Source: Verrucomicrobiia bacterium (GTDB taxonomy: Bacteria > Verrucomicrobiota > Verrucomicrobiia > Chthoniobacterales > Terrimicrobiaceae). From it: DNA of 44,989 bases. The number at the start of each line of letters is the position of its first letter. Position 1 is the stretch's first letter. The notes beneath the pieces are model-generated. The model ran no database searches. It worked only from the letters and a program-made list of their open reading frames with translations, and was not told where the DNA came from. Made by a program: the position numbers and the translations under genes. Below are positions 25,942 through 33,860 of this stretch, piece by piece. Where the stretch lies: contig JBAXTX010000001.1 of NCBI GenBank assembly GCA_037129975.1, forward strand, positions 1 to 44,989. The letters run 5' to 3'.

Positions 25942-26342
25942 GGCCAGAGAATAACAAATCGTGTTCCGGGTGCCGCGAGGGGCAGATCCATCCAGACCGA
26001 TCAGGATGGGTCTTTCACGCGAAAAACTTGTCATAAGCGAATCGAATGTGTCAAGCAATTGCCGGGGTGGTGTTTGTCTCTTTGTCTCTTGGAAAGGGAA
26101 AGCGCCAGAAGGGGAGAGCGACAAACGATAGATAAGGGAGGGGCATCGCCCGCGGTGCCCTTGCTGTGGCAGAGCGGAGTTGGGTTTCCGAGTCAGAGGC
26201 TTCCTCATTTCACCGCCCTCTTTTGCTTCCGCTTCGTGCGGACCAGCCTGAGCCGCCCCCGGGTTTCAATCGTCCATTCCACGATCTCTCCCTTTTTTGA
26301 GATTCCTATTGCCCGCCCGCTATTCTCCGGCAATGATTTTTC

Positions 26343-27581
26343 GTGAGCAAAAAACTTCGCAACCGCCTGCTGGCCCTTGTCTGCCTGATCGTGTTCTTTG
26401 CCGGGGGGGGCCTCTTCTATGTGAACTGGGTGATCCAGCGTCCGTTCGCGATTATTCTTTTTCTGTCGGACACTCTCACGCCCTCGGTCCTGACGGCATC
26501 CAGGATTTACGCGGGAGGCGCCGACCACAGGCTCGGCATGGAAAGGTTTCCGCACCTGGCGCTGCTGACCTCGCAGGCCAACGACTTCGCCGTGGCCGAT
26601 GGCGCGGCGGCGGCGGGCTCGGTGGCGACCGGACAGAAAGCCAACAACGGATCCCTTCGGTTCGAGGGAGGCAAGTCCCCGCTTCCCACGCTCATGGAGA
26701 TGGCCAGGAAAAGAGGCCGTGCGACAGGGATTGTTTCCAACACCTCCCTGACCGAAGCGACGGCCGCGGCATTCTATGCCGGGACTTCCGACCCTCTCGA
26801 TTTCGAAAACATCGGGAGGGAGCTCGCGGAAAAATCCGGGATCAATGTCCTGCTGGGCGGCGGAGCGGCGGATTTGCTGCCGGATACAAAAGACGGCCGC
26901 CGTCGTGACGGCCGCGACCTGATTCTGGAAATGCGCAACCGGGGATATGACATCGTGCGCAACAGGCAGGAGATGGAAAGCACCCCGCAGTGGCGCGCCC
27001 CCAAGGTCCTCGGAGTCTTCAGCAAGGGGCCGCTTGCTTTCGCGGACGAGGTGCAGGTATCGGCCTCGCAGCCTTCGCTTTCCGACATGGTGCTCCAGGC
27101 CATCCTTCTTCTTCAATATAATCCCAAAGGATACTTTCTCGTCGTGGATGCGGGGTTGTCGGGGAAAGCGGCGTTGCAGAATCAGGGCGAGCGGATGATG
27201 AAAGAGATTCTCGTGCTCGACCGTGCGGTCGCGACCGCCCAAACATATGCGGGAGAGAATGCGCTGATCGTGGTTGCGGGACGTTCCAACCCCGGAGGCA
27301 TGCGCATGAACGGGTATTCCTTCCGCAATGACAAGGGAGCCGCGGTCCTCGGCATCAACGCCCAGGGAGTCCCCTCGCTGACATGGTCCACCGGACCCGG
27401 CTCCGGCTCCAAATCCTCTCCGGAGGGACTCGCCCGCACCGAGCCGACGGCTTTTCAAACCGCTTCCTCCATCGGCGTGGCCGAGGATGTCGTCGCCGTC
27501 AGCCAAGGTCCCGGAACCGAAACGCTCCAGGGATTTCAGGACAACACGGAGATCTTTCGCGTCATCAGCAAAGGCTTCTGA
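26343..27581 (+). CDS. membrane-anchored alkaline-phosphatase-family homolog with degenerate active site
   Basis: GTG start and an N-terminal TM helix (LLALVCLIVFFAGGGLFYV). It is colinear with the PhoA family (ILFLSDTLTP...; ...FAVADGAAAAGSVATGQKANNG; PTLMEMARKRGRATGIVSNTSLTEATAAAFYA; GYFLVVDAGLSGKAA; LIVVAGRSNPGG). The nucleophile motif D-S-A is D-G-A here, and the metal-ligand motifs are replaced. Confidence 0.6.
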   Translation: MSKKLRNRLLALVCLIVFFAGGGLFYVNWVIQRPFAIILFLSDTLTPSVLTASRIYAGGADHRLGMERFPHLALLTSQANDFAVADGAAAAGSVATGQKANNGSLRFEGGKSPLPTLMEMARKRGRATGIVSNTSLTEATAAAFYAGTSDPLDFENIGRELAEKSGINVLLGGGAADLLPDTKDGRRRDGRDLILEMRNRGYDIVRNRQEMESTPQWRAPKVLGVFSKGPLAFADEVQVSASQPSLSDMVLQAILLLQYNPKGYFLVVDAGLSGKAALQNQGERMMKEILVLDRAVATAQTYAGENALIVVAGRSNPGGMRMNGYSFRNDKGAAVLGINAQGVPSLTWSTGPGSGSKSSPEGLARTEPTAFQTASSIGVAEDVVAVSQGPGTETLQGFQDNTEIFRVISKGF

Positions 27582-27641
27582 TGACACATCCGCGCATGTC
27601 GCGCATTGACAAACCGGAAGCATTCCGGGATCAGTAGGCAT

Positions 27642-28337
27642 ATGCGTACGCTTCTTCTGCCGGTGATCGCCGTTGCTTTTCTGGGAGCGGGCTGTGAACG
27701 GCCCGCGGAGCCAGCCGGTTCTCAGCGGACGGTCCGGCCAACGGAGCCGGCCACGCCGACGCCGGCCGGCGTCGTGACGATCCCGGAAGAGTTCCAATCT
27801 CCGACGCAGACTCCGCTCCCTGCCACCCCGAAAATTCTTTTTGCCGTCAAAAATTTCCAGGTGAAGACCGGTTCCGGAATCCAGGGGATCATGGCGGGAG
27901 AAACGGTGAACGTCATCCGCGAGGTGCGGGATGACGTCGTCGTGCAATACGGCGAACTCGAATTCACCAGGCCCCAATCGTTTTTTTCTCCGACCTTTGT
28001 CGGTTCGAATCCCCCACAGGAGGTTCCTGCCGCGGTGCCTGCGGAGCCGGCCGAAACGATCGGACTGGCCGCTCCTGTCCCGGCCGCCGAACCCGTCCTC
28101 CCGGAGGAAAATTTCCCGGCAAGGCCTTTGCCGCGCCCCCCTCTGACCGCGGGGGAAAAGAAAATGGCGGAGCTGGCGGATTCGATTCGTGCCCTGAACG
28201 AAAAGATCCGGACCGCCCAGGCGAATGCCGGGTCTCCGGGGAAACAACCGACCCGCGCGGAAAAACGCGCCCTGGAACAAATGAAGGCGGACCGCGATGA
28301 GCTCAGCCTCCAGTTGACGACATTGGGAAAGCCCTGA
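27642..28337 (+). CDS. lipoprotein with Pro-rich linker and C-terminal coiled coil, function unknown
   Basis: ATG 27642 starts MRTLLLPVIAVAFLGAGC, a lipobox (LGAG|C). The C-terminus (MAELADSIRALNEKIRTAQ...EQMKADRDELSLQLTTL) looks like a coiled coil. Confidence 0.6.
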   Translation: MRTLLLPVIAVAFLGAGCERPAEPAGSQRTVRPTEPATPTPAGVVTIPEEFQSPTQTPLPATPKILFAVKNFQVKTGSGIQGIMAGETVNVIREVRDDVVVQYGELEFTRPQSFFSPTFVGSNPPQEVPAAVPAEPAETIGLAAPVPAAEPVLPEENFPARPLPRPPLTAGEKKMAELADSIRALNEKIRTAQANAGSPGKQPTRAEKRALEQMKADRDELSLQLTTLGKP

Positions 28338-28355
28338 TCGCCAGTTGGGAAATTT

Positions 28356-29615
28356 ATGAAAATTCTTCCGGGCCAGGGGCAGGCAGTTGATAACCCGGCC
28401 CGCTTGGAGGCGCTGGCGGATATCGGGGTGCTCGACACTCTGCCGGAAGATTCCTTCGACCGCTATACCCGGATCGCCTCGGCTATGCTGCATTCCGAGG
28501 TGGCGCTGGTTTCGTTTGTGGATCTGGAGCGCCAATTTTTCAAGAGCCAGGTCGGGCTGCCCCCGCCATATGACCAGACCCGCCAGACACCGCTTTCCCA
28601 TTCGTTTTGCAAACTTGTCGTCCAGAGTGGAGAGCCCTTGATTGTCGAGGATGCACGGACGGACCAACGGGTGTGCGACAACCTGGCCATCCTCGATCTC
28701 GGGGTCATTTCCTATCTGGGGATGCCGGTGAAGTCGCAGGAGGGGTTCCTTCTGGGATCGTTGTGTGCGATTAACTCGATGCCGCGGGCATGGTCCGCAG
28801 CGGATCAGAGCCTGCTGGCCGATCTCGCGCGAGCGGTTTCAACGGAGATCGGGCTCAGGCAACGCACCGTTGCCCTCAAGGAATCGTTCGCGATCCTGCA
28901 GGAGACCGAGGAACAGCGAGAGACAAGCCTGCATATGCTCATGCATGACCTGAGAACGCCGGCGGGCGCCATTGTGAGCGTCACCGATCTGCTCGGTTCG
29001 ACGACGCCCTCTCTCAGCCCGGATCAACAGGAGTTGATCCAAATCTGCCGCGACTCCGCGGAAAGCCTGCTCGCGATGATCCGCGACCTTCTCGACATGA
29101 ACAAAATGAAGTCCTCCGATTCTCCGGCGGACCTTGCAGATGTCTCGGCCTCCCATTTGCTGAGGCGTGTGGCCCAGATGATACAGCCCGCTCTTGACGC
29201 CGCCACGATCCGGCTTTCGATGGACTATCCAGATTGCGGCGGCACACTTCGCGTGGACGGCCGACAGATCGAGCGTGTGCTGTTGAACCTGCTGACCAAT
29301 GCCGCGAAGTTCTCCCCCGCGGGCGCACTGATTTCGCTCTCGGCCCGCACCGCACATTTCGAAGGCGAAGAAGGATTCCGTTTTGAAATTTGCGACGAGG
29401 GCCCCGGAGTTCCGGACGCAGAGAAGGAGGCCATATTCGAACAGTATTTCCAAGGCTCGATTCGTGCGGCGCGCGGCATGGAATCGTTCGGGATCGGCCT
29501 CGCATTTTGCAAAATGGCCGTCGAAGCACACCGCGGACACATCGGCGTGCAGGATGTCCCCGGCGGAGGCAGCATGTTTTATTTTTTTCTTCCGGCCACG
29601 CCTCCGCTCCAGTAA
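28356..29615 (+). CDS. soluble GAF-domain sensor histidine kinase
   Basis: The N-terminal GAF region is ...HSFCKLVVQSGEPLIVEDARTDQR...ISYLGMPVKSQEGFLLGSLCAI. The H-box is LHMLMHDLRTPAGAI, the N-box is LLNLLTNAAKFSP, G1 is ICDEGPGVP and G2 is GIGLAFCK. There is no TM segment. Confidence 0.85.
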   Translation: MKILPGQGQAVDNPARLEALADIGVLDTLPEDSFDRYTRIASAMLHSEVALVSFVDLERQFFKSQVGLPPPYDQTRQTPLSHSFCKLVVQSGEPLIVEDARTDQRVCDNLAILDLGVISYLGMPVKSQEGFLLGSLCAINSMPRAWSAADQSLLADLARAVSTEIGLRQRTVALKESFAILQETEEQRETSLHMLMHDLRTPAGAIVSVTDLLGSTTPSLSPDQQELIQICRDSAESLLAMIRDLLDMNKMKSSDSPADLADVSASHLLRRVAQMIQPALDAATIRLSMDYPDCGGTLRVDGRQIERVLLNLLTNAAKFSPAGALISLSARTAHFEGEEGFRFEICDEGPGVPDAEKEAIFEQYFQGSIRAARGMESFGIGLAFCKMAVEAHRGHIGVQDVPGGGSMFYFFLPATPPLQ

Positions 29616-29678
29616 CCGGAAACCGCCCGTTTTTTTGTCTCGCAGGAAAAACTCCAGAAAAAAGAAGAGGCCAGCGAG

Positions 29679-30638
29679 TCATACCACAAACGGCTCGACG
29701 GCCTGGAGCGTCTGGCGGAGCGCGCGGTAGCCGAAGTGGCCTTGCCGCACGTGAAGGAGCCGTGAGCCTTTCCAGAGCTTGGTGAGGGCTTCGAGATCCA
29801 CGCGGGGGGAGACACGATCGTAGAGACCGGCGGTCACGATGATCCGTTTCGGATCGCAGAGCGGGATCCCGTGGAGCGGGGAGATGAGGTGCTCGTGGCG
29901 GACGATCTGATTGTGGACATGGCCGAGCGAACGGAGCGACCTCCGCATCGAGGAAGCTCCCGGGTTTTCCCAGATGGCCTTCCCGACATTCACGATCGGC
30001 TGGACGAGCGCGAGAAACCGGAAATCCCTTTCGAGAAACGACAGCAGGGCACCGGTCCAGCCGCCGTAGCTCGTGCCGATGAGCCCGAACTCGCGAACTC
30101 CCCGCGCACGGAGGATTGCCATGAGCTGGCGGAGTTCGACGACCCCCTGCCGGAGCCCCTCCGCATTCCGCACGAGGTCCGCCGTGATCGCGAGCTCGCC
30201 GTTCAGGGAATTTTTTGGCTTCCGCGAGTAGTGGTAGGGCAAATGCGGGAAGGCGACCGCCCAGCCGCGCTGGTTGAACGTGGCGGCCACCCGCCGGTAT
30301 CCCACATCGCTCGCGCTCATCAAAGCGTGCAGCAGCAGCAACACCGGCGCATCGCGACGGGCCGCCGGATAGAACCGCACACGGGCGCGGTCGTTCTCCG
30401 GGAACCCGCTCGGCAGGGGAGTGTCCCAATCAATCCATCCCTCATGGTGGCGTGGACGCACGGCTGGAGGCATGTGGAAAAAACTCTCGCGGCTCATCGG
30501 AGCGCAGGCATCGAGGTAGGCATCGAGCTCGGCTTTCGTGCTGCTGTCCGCCCGTCGCCGCCATTGCAGGATGTTCATCATCCCGCACATCGCGCCGTCC
30601 ATCCCCCACGACGCGGTCCTCTCGACGAGCCGTCTCAT
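29679..30638 (-). CDS. alpha/beta-fold hydrolase
   Basis: 319 aa. The nucleophile elbow is LIGTSYGGW. Candidate Asp is in GLYDRVSP and candidate His in VRQGHFGY. The start overlaps the stop of the upstream acyltransferase gene by 4 nt. Confidence 0.7.
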   Translation of the reverse strand: MRRLVERTASWGMDGAMCGMMNILQWRRRADSSTKAELDAYLDACAPMSRESFFHMPPAVRPRHHEGWIDWDTPLPSGFPENDRARVRFYPAARRDAPVLLLLHALMSASDVGYRRVAATFNQRGWAVAFPHLPYHYSRKPKNSLNGELAITADLVRNAEGLRQGVVELRQLMAILRARGVREFGLIGTSYGGWTGALLSFLERDFRFLALVQPIVNVGKAIWENPGASSMRRSLRSLGHVHNQIVRHEHLISPLHGIPLCDPKRIIVTAGLYDRVSPRVDLEALTKLWKGSRLLHVRQGHFGYRALRQTLQAVEPFVV

Positions 30639-31384
30639 GGTTCGGACATGCGTTGTTGCGGCGAGTGTGGCAGATCCCGGTCATCAAGCCCGCACCGGGC
30701 AACCAGGTCGTCTTTCAATCGGATCATCGCCGCCGCCAGTTCGGCCCGCATTCGCTCCCGCGCGGCTCCGCGCGAGGGTTCGCCTGCGGGCGGGGCAATC
30801 GCCGCGCCGACCCCGATATAAACCCGCGCCCGCCGCCACGGGAGCCAGTTTTTCGCGTTGTAGAGACGTTCGCTCCCCAGGATGGCCACCGGCACAATCG
30901 GGCAGCCCGCCCGGACCGCGAGCATCACGGCGCCTTCCTGCACCGGCGCTCCCGACAGCATCGAGCGCTCGCCGTCGCGGATTCCCCCCTCCGGAAAAAC
31001 CCCGATCACACTCCCGCCCGCAAGCCGCCGCAGCGCCTCGCGCAGCGGTCGCCGGTCGTCCCCGCCACGATCCACCGGGATGACGTCGAGCCAGTGGAAC
31101 GCCTTGTTCGACCATCCGGTTCCGAACAACCGGGACATCGCGATCCAGTCGATCTTCCGCCGGGTCCACCCGCTCAAAATCGGCGGATCAAAATGGCTGA
31201 CGTGGTTCGATGCCAGCACGAACGCCCCAGCCGGGGGCTCGTGAAAAACCACGCGTCTCACCCGCGCCCCGAAGGTCAGCAGCACACGCAGCGACCCGAC
31301 AACCAAACGGTAAAAAACGAGGTGAAACAGCGGAGTGCTCAAGCTGGGCAGGAAAATAGCCGGGCACCCGAGATCATGCCACAC
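30635..31384 (-). CDS. PlsC-family lysophospholipid/1-acylglycerol-3-phosphate acyltransferase
   Basis: 249 aa with a GTG start. The HX4D motif is SNHVSHFDPP. Block III is VFPEGGIRDG and block IV is GCPIVPVAILG. Confidence 0.8.
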   Translation of the reverse strand: MWHDLGCPAIFLPSLSTPLFHLVFYRLVVGSLRVLLTFGARVRRVVFHEPPAGAFVLASNHVSHFDPPILSGWTRRKIDWIAMSRLFGTGWSNKAFHWLDVIPVDRGGDDRRPLREALRRLAGGSVIGVFPEGGIRDGERSMLSGAPVQEGAVMLAVRAGCPIVPVAILGSERLYNAKNWLPWRRARVYIGVGAAIAPPAGEPSRGAARERMRAELAAAMIRLKDDLVARCGLDDRDLPHSPQQRMSEP

Positions 31385-31409
31385 CGAATGTCAGAGGGTT
31401 TACAAGCTT

Positions 31410-33107
31410 TCAGCACGCACATTTGGCGGGCGCCTGGGCGGCGTGACCTGCCGATCGCTCATAGAACGTCGGCGGCTCGGCGCTTTCTTCCGAAGGTTTC
31501 TTTGCCTCGGCACAGAGTTTTTTGAAAACGATGCGTCCGCCGATGCTCGCGGCGATTTTTGATGCCGGTCCGAATTCCTTGAAGAGATCCTTCAAAATCG
31601 CATCCGCCTTGCGGTGCATGGCCGGGTCGTTGCGATACCATCGCCTGGTCGCCCAGAGCACGGCGGCGTATTGGAATCTCAAAGAAGAGGCTTCCCGGCG
31701 GAACCGCTTCCGGATCCGCGGGTCGGTGTGACCGCCATATTTTTTCCATCCGCGGAGCGTGGCGCGGGCCATGCGCATGATGCTCGGTCCGTTGGTTTCA
31801 AAATCCCGTGTGAAGGCATTCCGGAGGATCTCCGTTTCCATGCCCGCGGGGATATGAGGGTGTATGTGGGCGAACCGGAGCTGGCCGTGGATGTCCGCCG
31901 TATCCTTGCATTCCGGATCCACGAGGGTGCCGTTCGCGCGGTGCTCCTCGAAGAGCGGGGTGCCGGGGACCGGGGTGTAGAGCATGAACTGGTGGAACTC
32001 GGTGTCGTGCGCGACCGCGTGTTCGATCGCCTCCGCGATATTCTCCGGCGTGTGCTCCTCGAGCCCGATGATCGTCGAGCCCAGGATGCTGATCCCGTGC
32101 GATTGGAGATCGCGCACGAGCTCGTGTGTGTCCGCCCCGGCCAGCTTTTGATACCGGCTCTTCTTCCCCTCGAGCCCCATCCAGACCCAGGAAATTCCCA
32201 GCCGCACGAGCTGGTCGATCGTGTACGACCGCAGCACATTCGCCGAGCTGAAAACATAAAGCGACCAGCTCTTGTTGTGCTTCTCCATGAGCTCCAGCAA
32301 CCGGAGGGCCCGCTTCTTGTGCAGGAGGAAATTCTCGTCCATCGCGAAAAACGACTGGACGCTCATGTCGCGCTCGATCCCGCACATCACGTCGAACAAC
32401 TCGTCGCCGGTCTCGTAGAAGTTGATGAATTTCCCCTTCCCCCCGAACATCGCGGAGGTCGAGCAGAAGTTGCAGCCCATCGGACAGCCGACCGACGGAA
32501 TCAGCGTGGCCGCGACATCGCCCGGCTCCTCGCGCATCCGGAGACCCATCGTCCGGGTTCCGATGCCGGAGAGGATCCGCGGATGGCGGACCGGCGCGCT
32601 GACATCCTCCCCGAGAAACGTGCGCATCCAATGCACGCCCTCGCCGCGCGCCACATGGTCAACACCCAGACGGTTTTGGATGTCCGGCAGCCCGGAAATG
32701 TGCCCGCCGATGATGATTTTTGCGCGCGGCTGGATCTCCCGGATCAGGCGGCACATTTCTTTTGCCTTCAAATAATTCGGAGGAATCGCACTGATCGCCA
32801 CGATGTCGTAAGACTCGGTTTTCAGCTCCTCGATAAACCTGGCGAGCGTCGGAAAATCCAGCAGCGAACTCGGGGCGGAAATGTTGTCCCGCATCAGCAT
32901 GAGCCCCCACGAACGGTGGAACATCCGCAACGAAAACGGCCCCTGCTCCCGCGTGACCTGGTTGTGGTAAAGCTCCATCGGGTTGATCGCCCGACTCCCG
33001 AATTTGTCGTCTTTCGAGTAGGGACCGAAGACGCTGGTGAAAAGAATTCGCGGCTTTGCGGACGCCGTGCCGACGGCTCCGTAATCGCTTTGGGGCATCA
33101 GGGACAT
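31410..33107 (-). CDS. B12-binding-domain radical SAM enzyme
   Basis: 565 aa. The N-terminal cobalamin-binding-like Rossmann part is YDIVAISAIPPNYLKAKEMCRLIREIQPRAKIIIGGHISG. The radical SAM cluster motif is VGCPMGCNFCS (CxxxCxxC). No SPASM-type C-terminal Cys cluster is seen. Confidence 0.85.
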   Translation of the reverse strand: MSLMPQSDYGAVGTASAKPRILFTSVFGPYSKDDKFGSRAINPMELYHNQVTREQGPFSLRMFHRSWGLMLMRDNISAPSSLLDFPTLARFIEELKTESYDIVAISAIPPNYLKAKEMCRLIREIQPRAKIIIGGHISGLPDIQNRLGVDHVARGEGVHWMRTFLGEDVSAPVRHPRILSGIGTRTMGLRMREEPGDVAATLIPSVGCPMGCNFCSTSAMFGGKGKFINFYETGDELFDVMCGIERDMSVQSFFAMDENFLLHKKRALRLLELMEKHNKSWSLYVFSSANVLRSYTIDQLVRLGISWVWMGLEGKKSRYQKLAGADTHELVRDLQSHGISILGSTIIGLEEHTPENIAEAIEHAVAHDTEFHQFMLYTPVPGTPLFEEHRANGTLVDPECKDTADIHGQLRFAHIHPHIPAGMETEILRNAFTRDFETNGPSIMRMARATLRGWKKYGGHTDPRIRKRFRREASSLRFQYAAVLWATRRWYRNDPAMHRKADAILKDLFKEFGPASKIAASIGGRIVFKKLCAEAKKPSEESAEPPTFYERSAGHAAQAPAKCAC

Positions 33108-33182
33108 AAGATTTCCAATCTATGCGCTTCCCAAGATTTCACCAACCGATTCCACACAAAATCTCCCAAAAACTCACGGAAA

Positions 33183-33200
33183 CATTGACGCAGGTCAATG
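33183..33200. promoter_or_regulatory. perfect 7-4-7 palindrome CATTGAC-GCAG-GTCAATG upstream of the radical SAM gene (candidate operator)
   Basis: Read directly from the sequence. It lies 76-93 nt upstream of the ATG at 33107, inside the 167-nt gap after the thioesterase gene. Confidence 0.3.
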
Positions 33201-33274
33201 AAATCGCCCCCGAGGACCGCTTCCATTCAAATCGAGAGGAATTTTGGCGCTGTGTCCGCCCCCAACAATAACTC

Positions 33275-33697
33275 TCAGCCGCCGAGGGAAAGTGACGCGG
33301 GAAACCCGGACGGCAACCGGATCGGTCGGCCTTCGGGCATTTGCACCAAAGCCAGTGCCTGGCGGCACTTGACCAGAAGCGCCCCGTCGGAAGGACGCAC
33401 GATCTCGAACTCCACCCAGAAGCGGATCGCGCTCCACTCGACAACCCGGCCGTCCACCCGGATCTCGTCGCCCAGTCGCGCGGGACGTTTGTAGTCGATC
33501 TCCGTGCGCGTGACGACCGGATGGATGTTCGTCCGGGCGATTTCCCCGAAGCTCATGCCCATCTGGATCGCCAGCAGCGTGCGTGCGGTCTCGATGAAAC
33601 GCAGATAAACGATGTTGTGCACCACGCCGCCGGCGTCGGTGTCGAAATACATGACGCGCACATCGGTCGAAATCCGGCACTGATCGGGCAGGTCCAT
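33275..33697 (-). CDS. hotdog-fold acyl-CoA/acyl-ACP thioesterase (YbgC/4HBT family)
   Basis: The likely start is ATG 33697 (MDLPDQCRISTDVRVMYFDTDAGGVVHNIVYLRFIETART...). The YbgC-type D.D..G.V.N motif is present. The track ORF extends 58 codons further upstream into the divergent promoter region. Confidence 0.75.
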   Translation of the reverse strand: MDLPDQCRISTDVRVMYFDTDAGGVVHNIVYLRFIETARTLLAIQMGMSFGEIARTNIHPVVTRTEIDYKRPARLGDEIRVDGRVVEWSAIRFWVEFEIVRPSDGALLVKCRQALALVQMPEGRPIRLPSGFPASLSLGG

Positions 33698-33860
33698 GCC
33701 GGGGATTGTGCCGAGAGGGACCCCGGCCCCACAAGAGAAAAACCGCGCCCGGCTCCGGCTGGTTTCCACAAAGAGCGCCCGCTTCACGCTGGAAGGACCG
33801 CGTTTGGAGCCGGAGAAAAAACATTTCAGCCGCCAGCCGGTCCGGCTATACAGGCCGTTC

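Noticed and set aside
26205-28667. 820-aa minus-strand ORF, one of the longest in the track
   Set aside because: It lies antisense to three well-supported plus-strand genes (AP-like, lipoprotein, GAF kinase). Its translation is Arg/Gly/Pro-rich low-complexity sequence with no motifs. This is a typical shadow ORF of GC-rich DNA.
29616-29678. T7 run (…CCGCCCGTTTTTTTG…) between the convergent kinase and hydrolase genes as an intrinsic terminator
   Set aside because: I could not find a convincing GC-rich stem immediately upstream of the T run, only 3-4 bp pairings.
29014-30429. 471-aa minus-strand ORF, and the 316- and 357-aa plus-strand ORFs at 29871-31525
   Set aside because: They overlap the histidine kinase, hydrolase and acyltransferase genes in other frames or on the other strand. 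Their composition is Arg/Pro/Ala-rich and no domain signatures are present.
31614-33188. 524-aa plus-strand ORF
   Set aside because: It is antisense to the radical SAM gene, which carries the CxxxCxxC motif. Shadow ORF.
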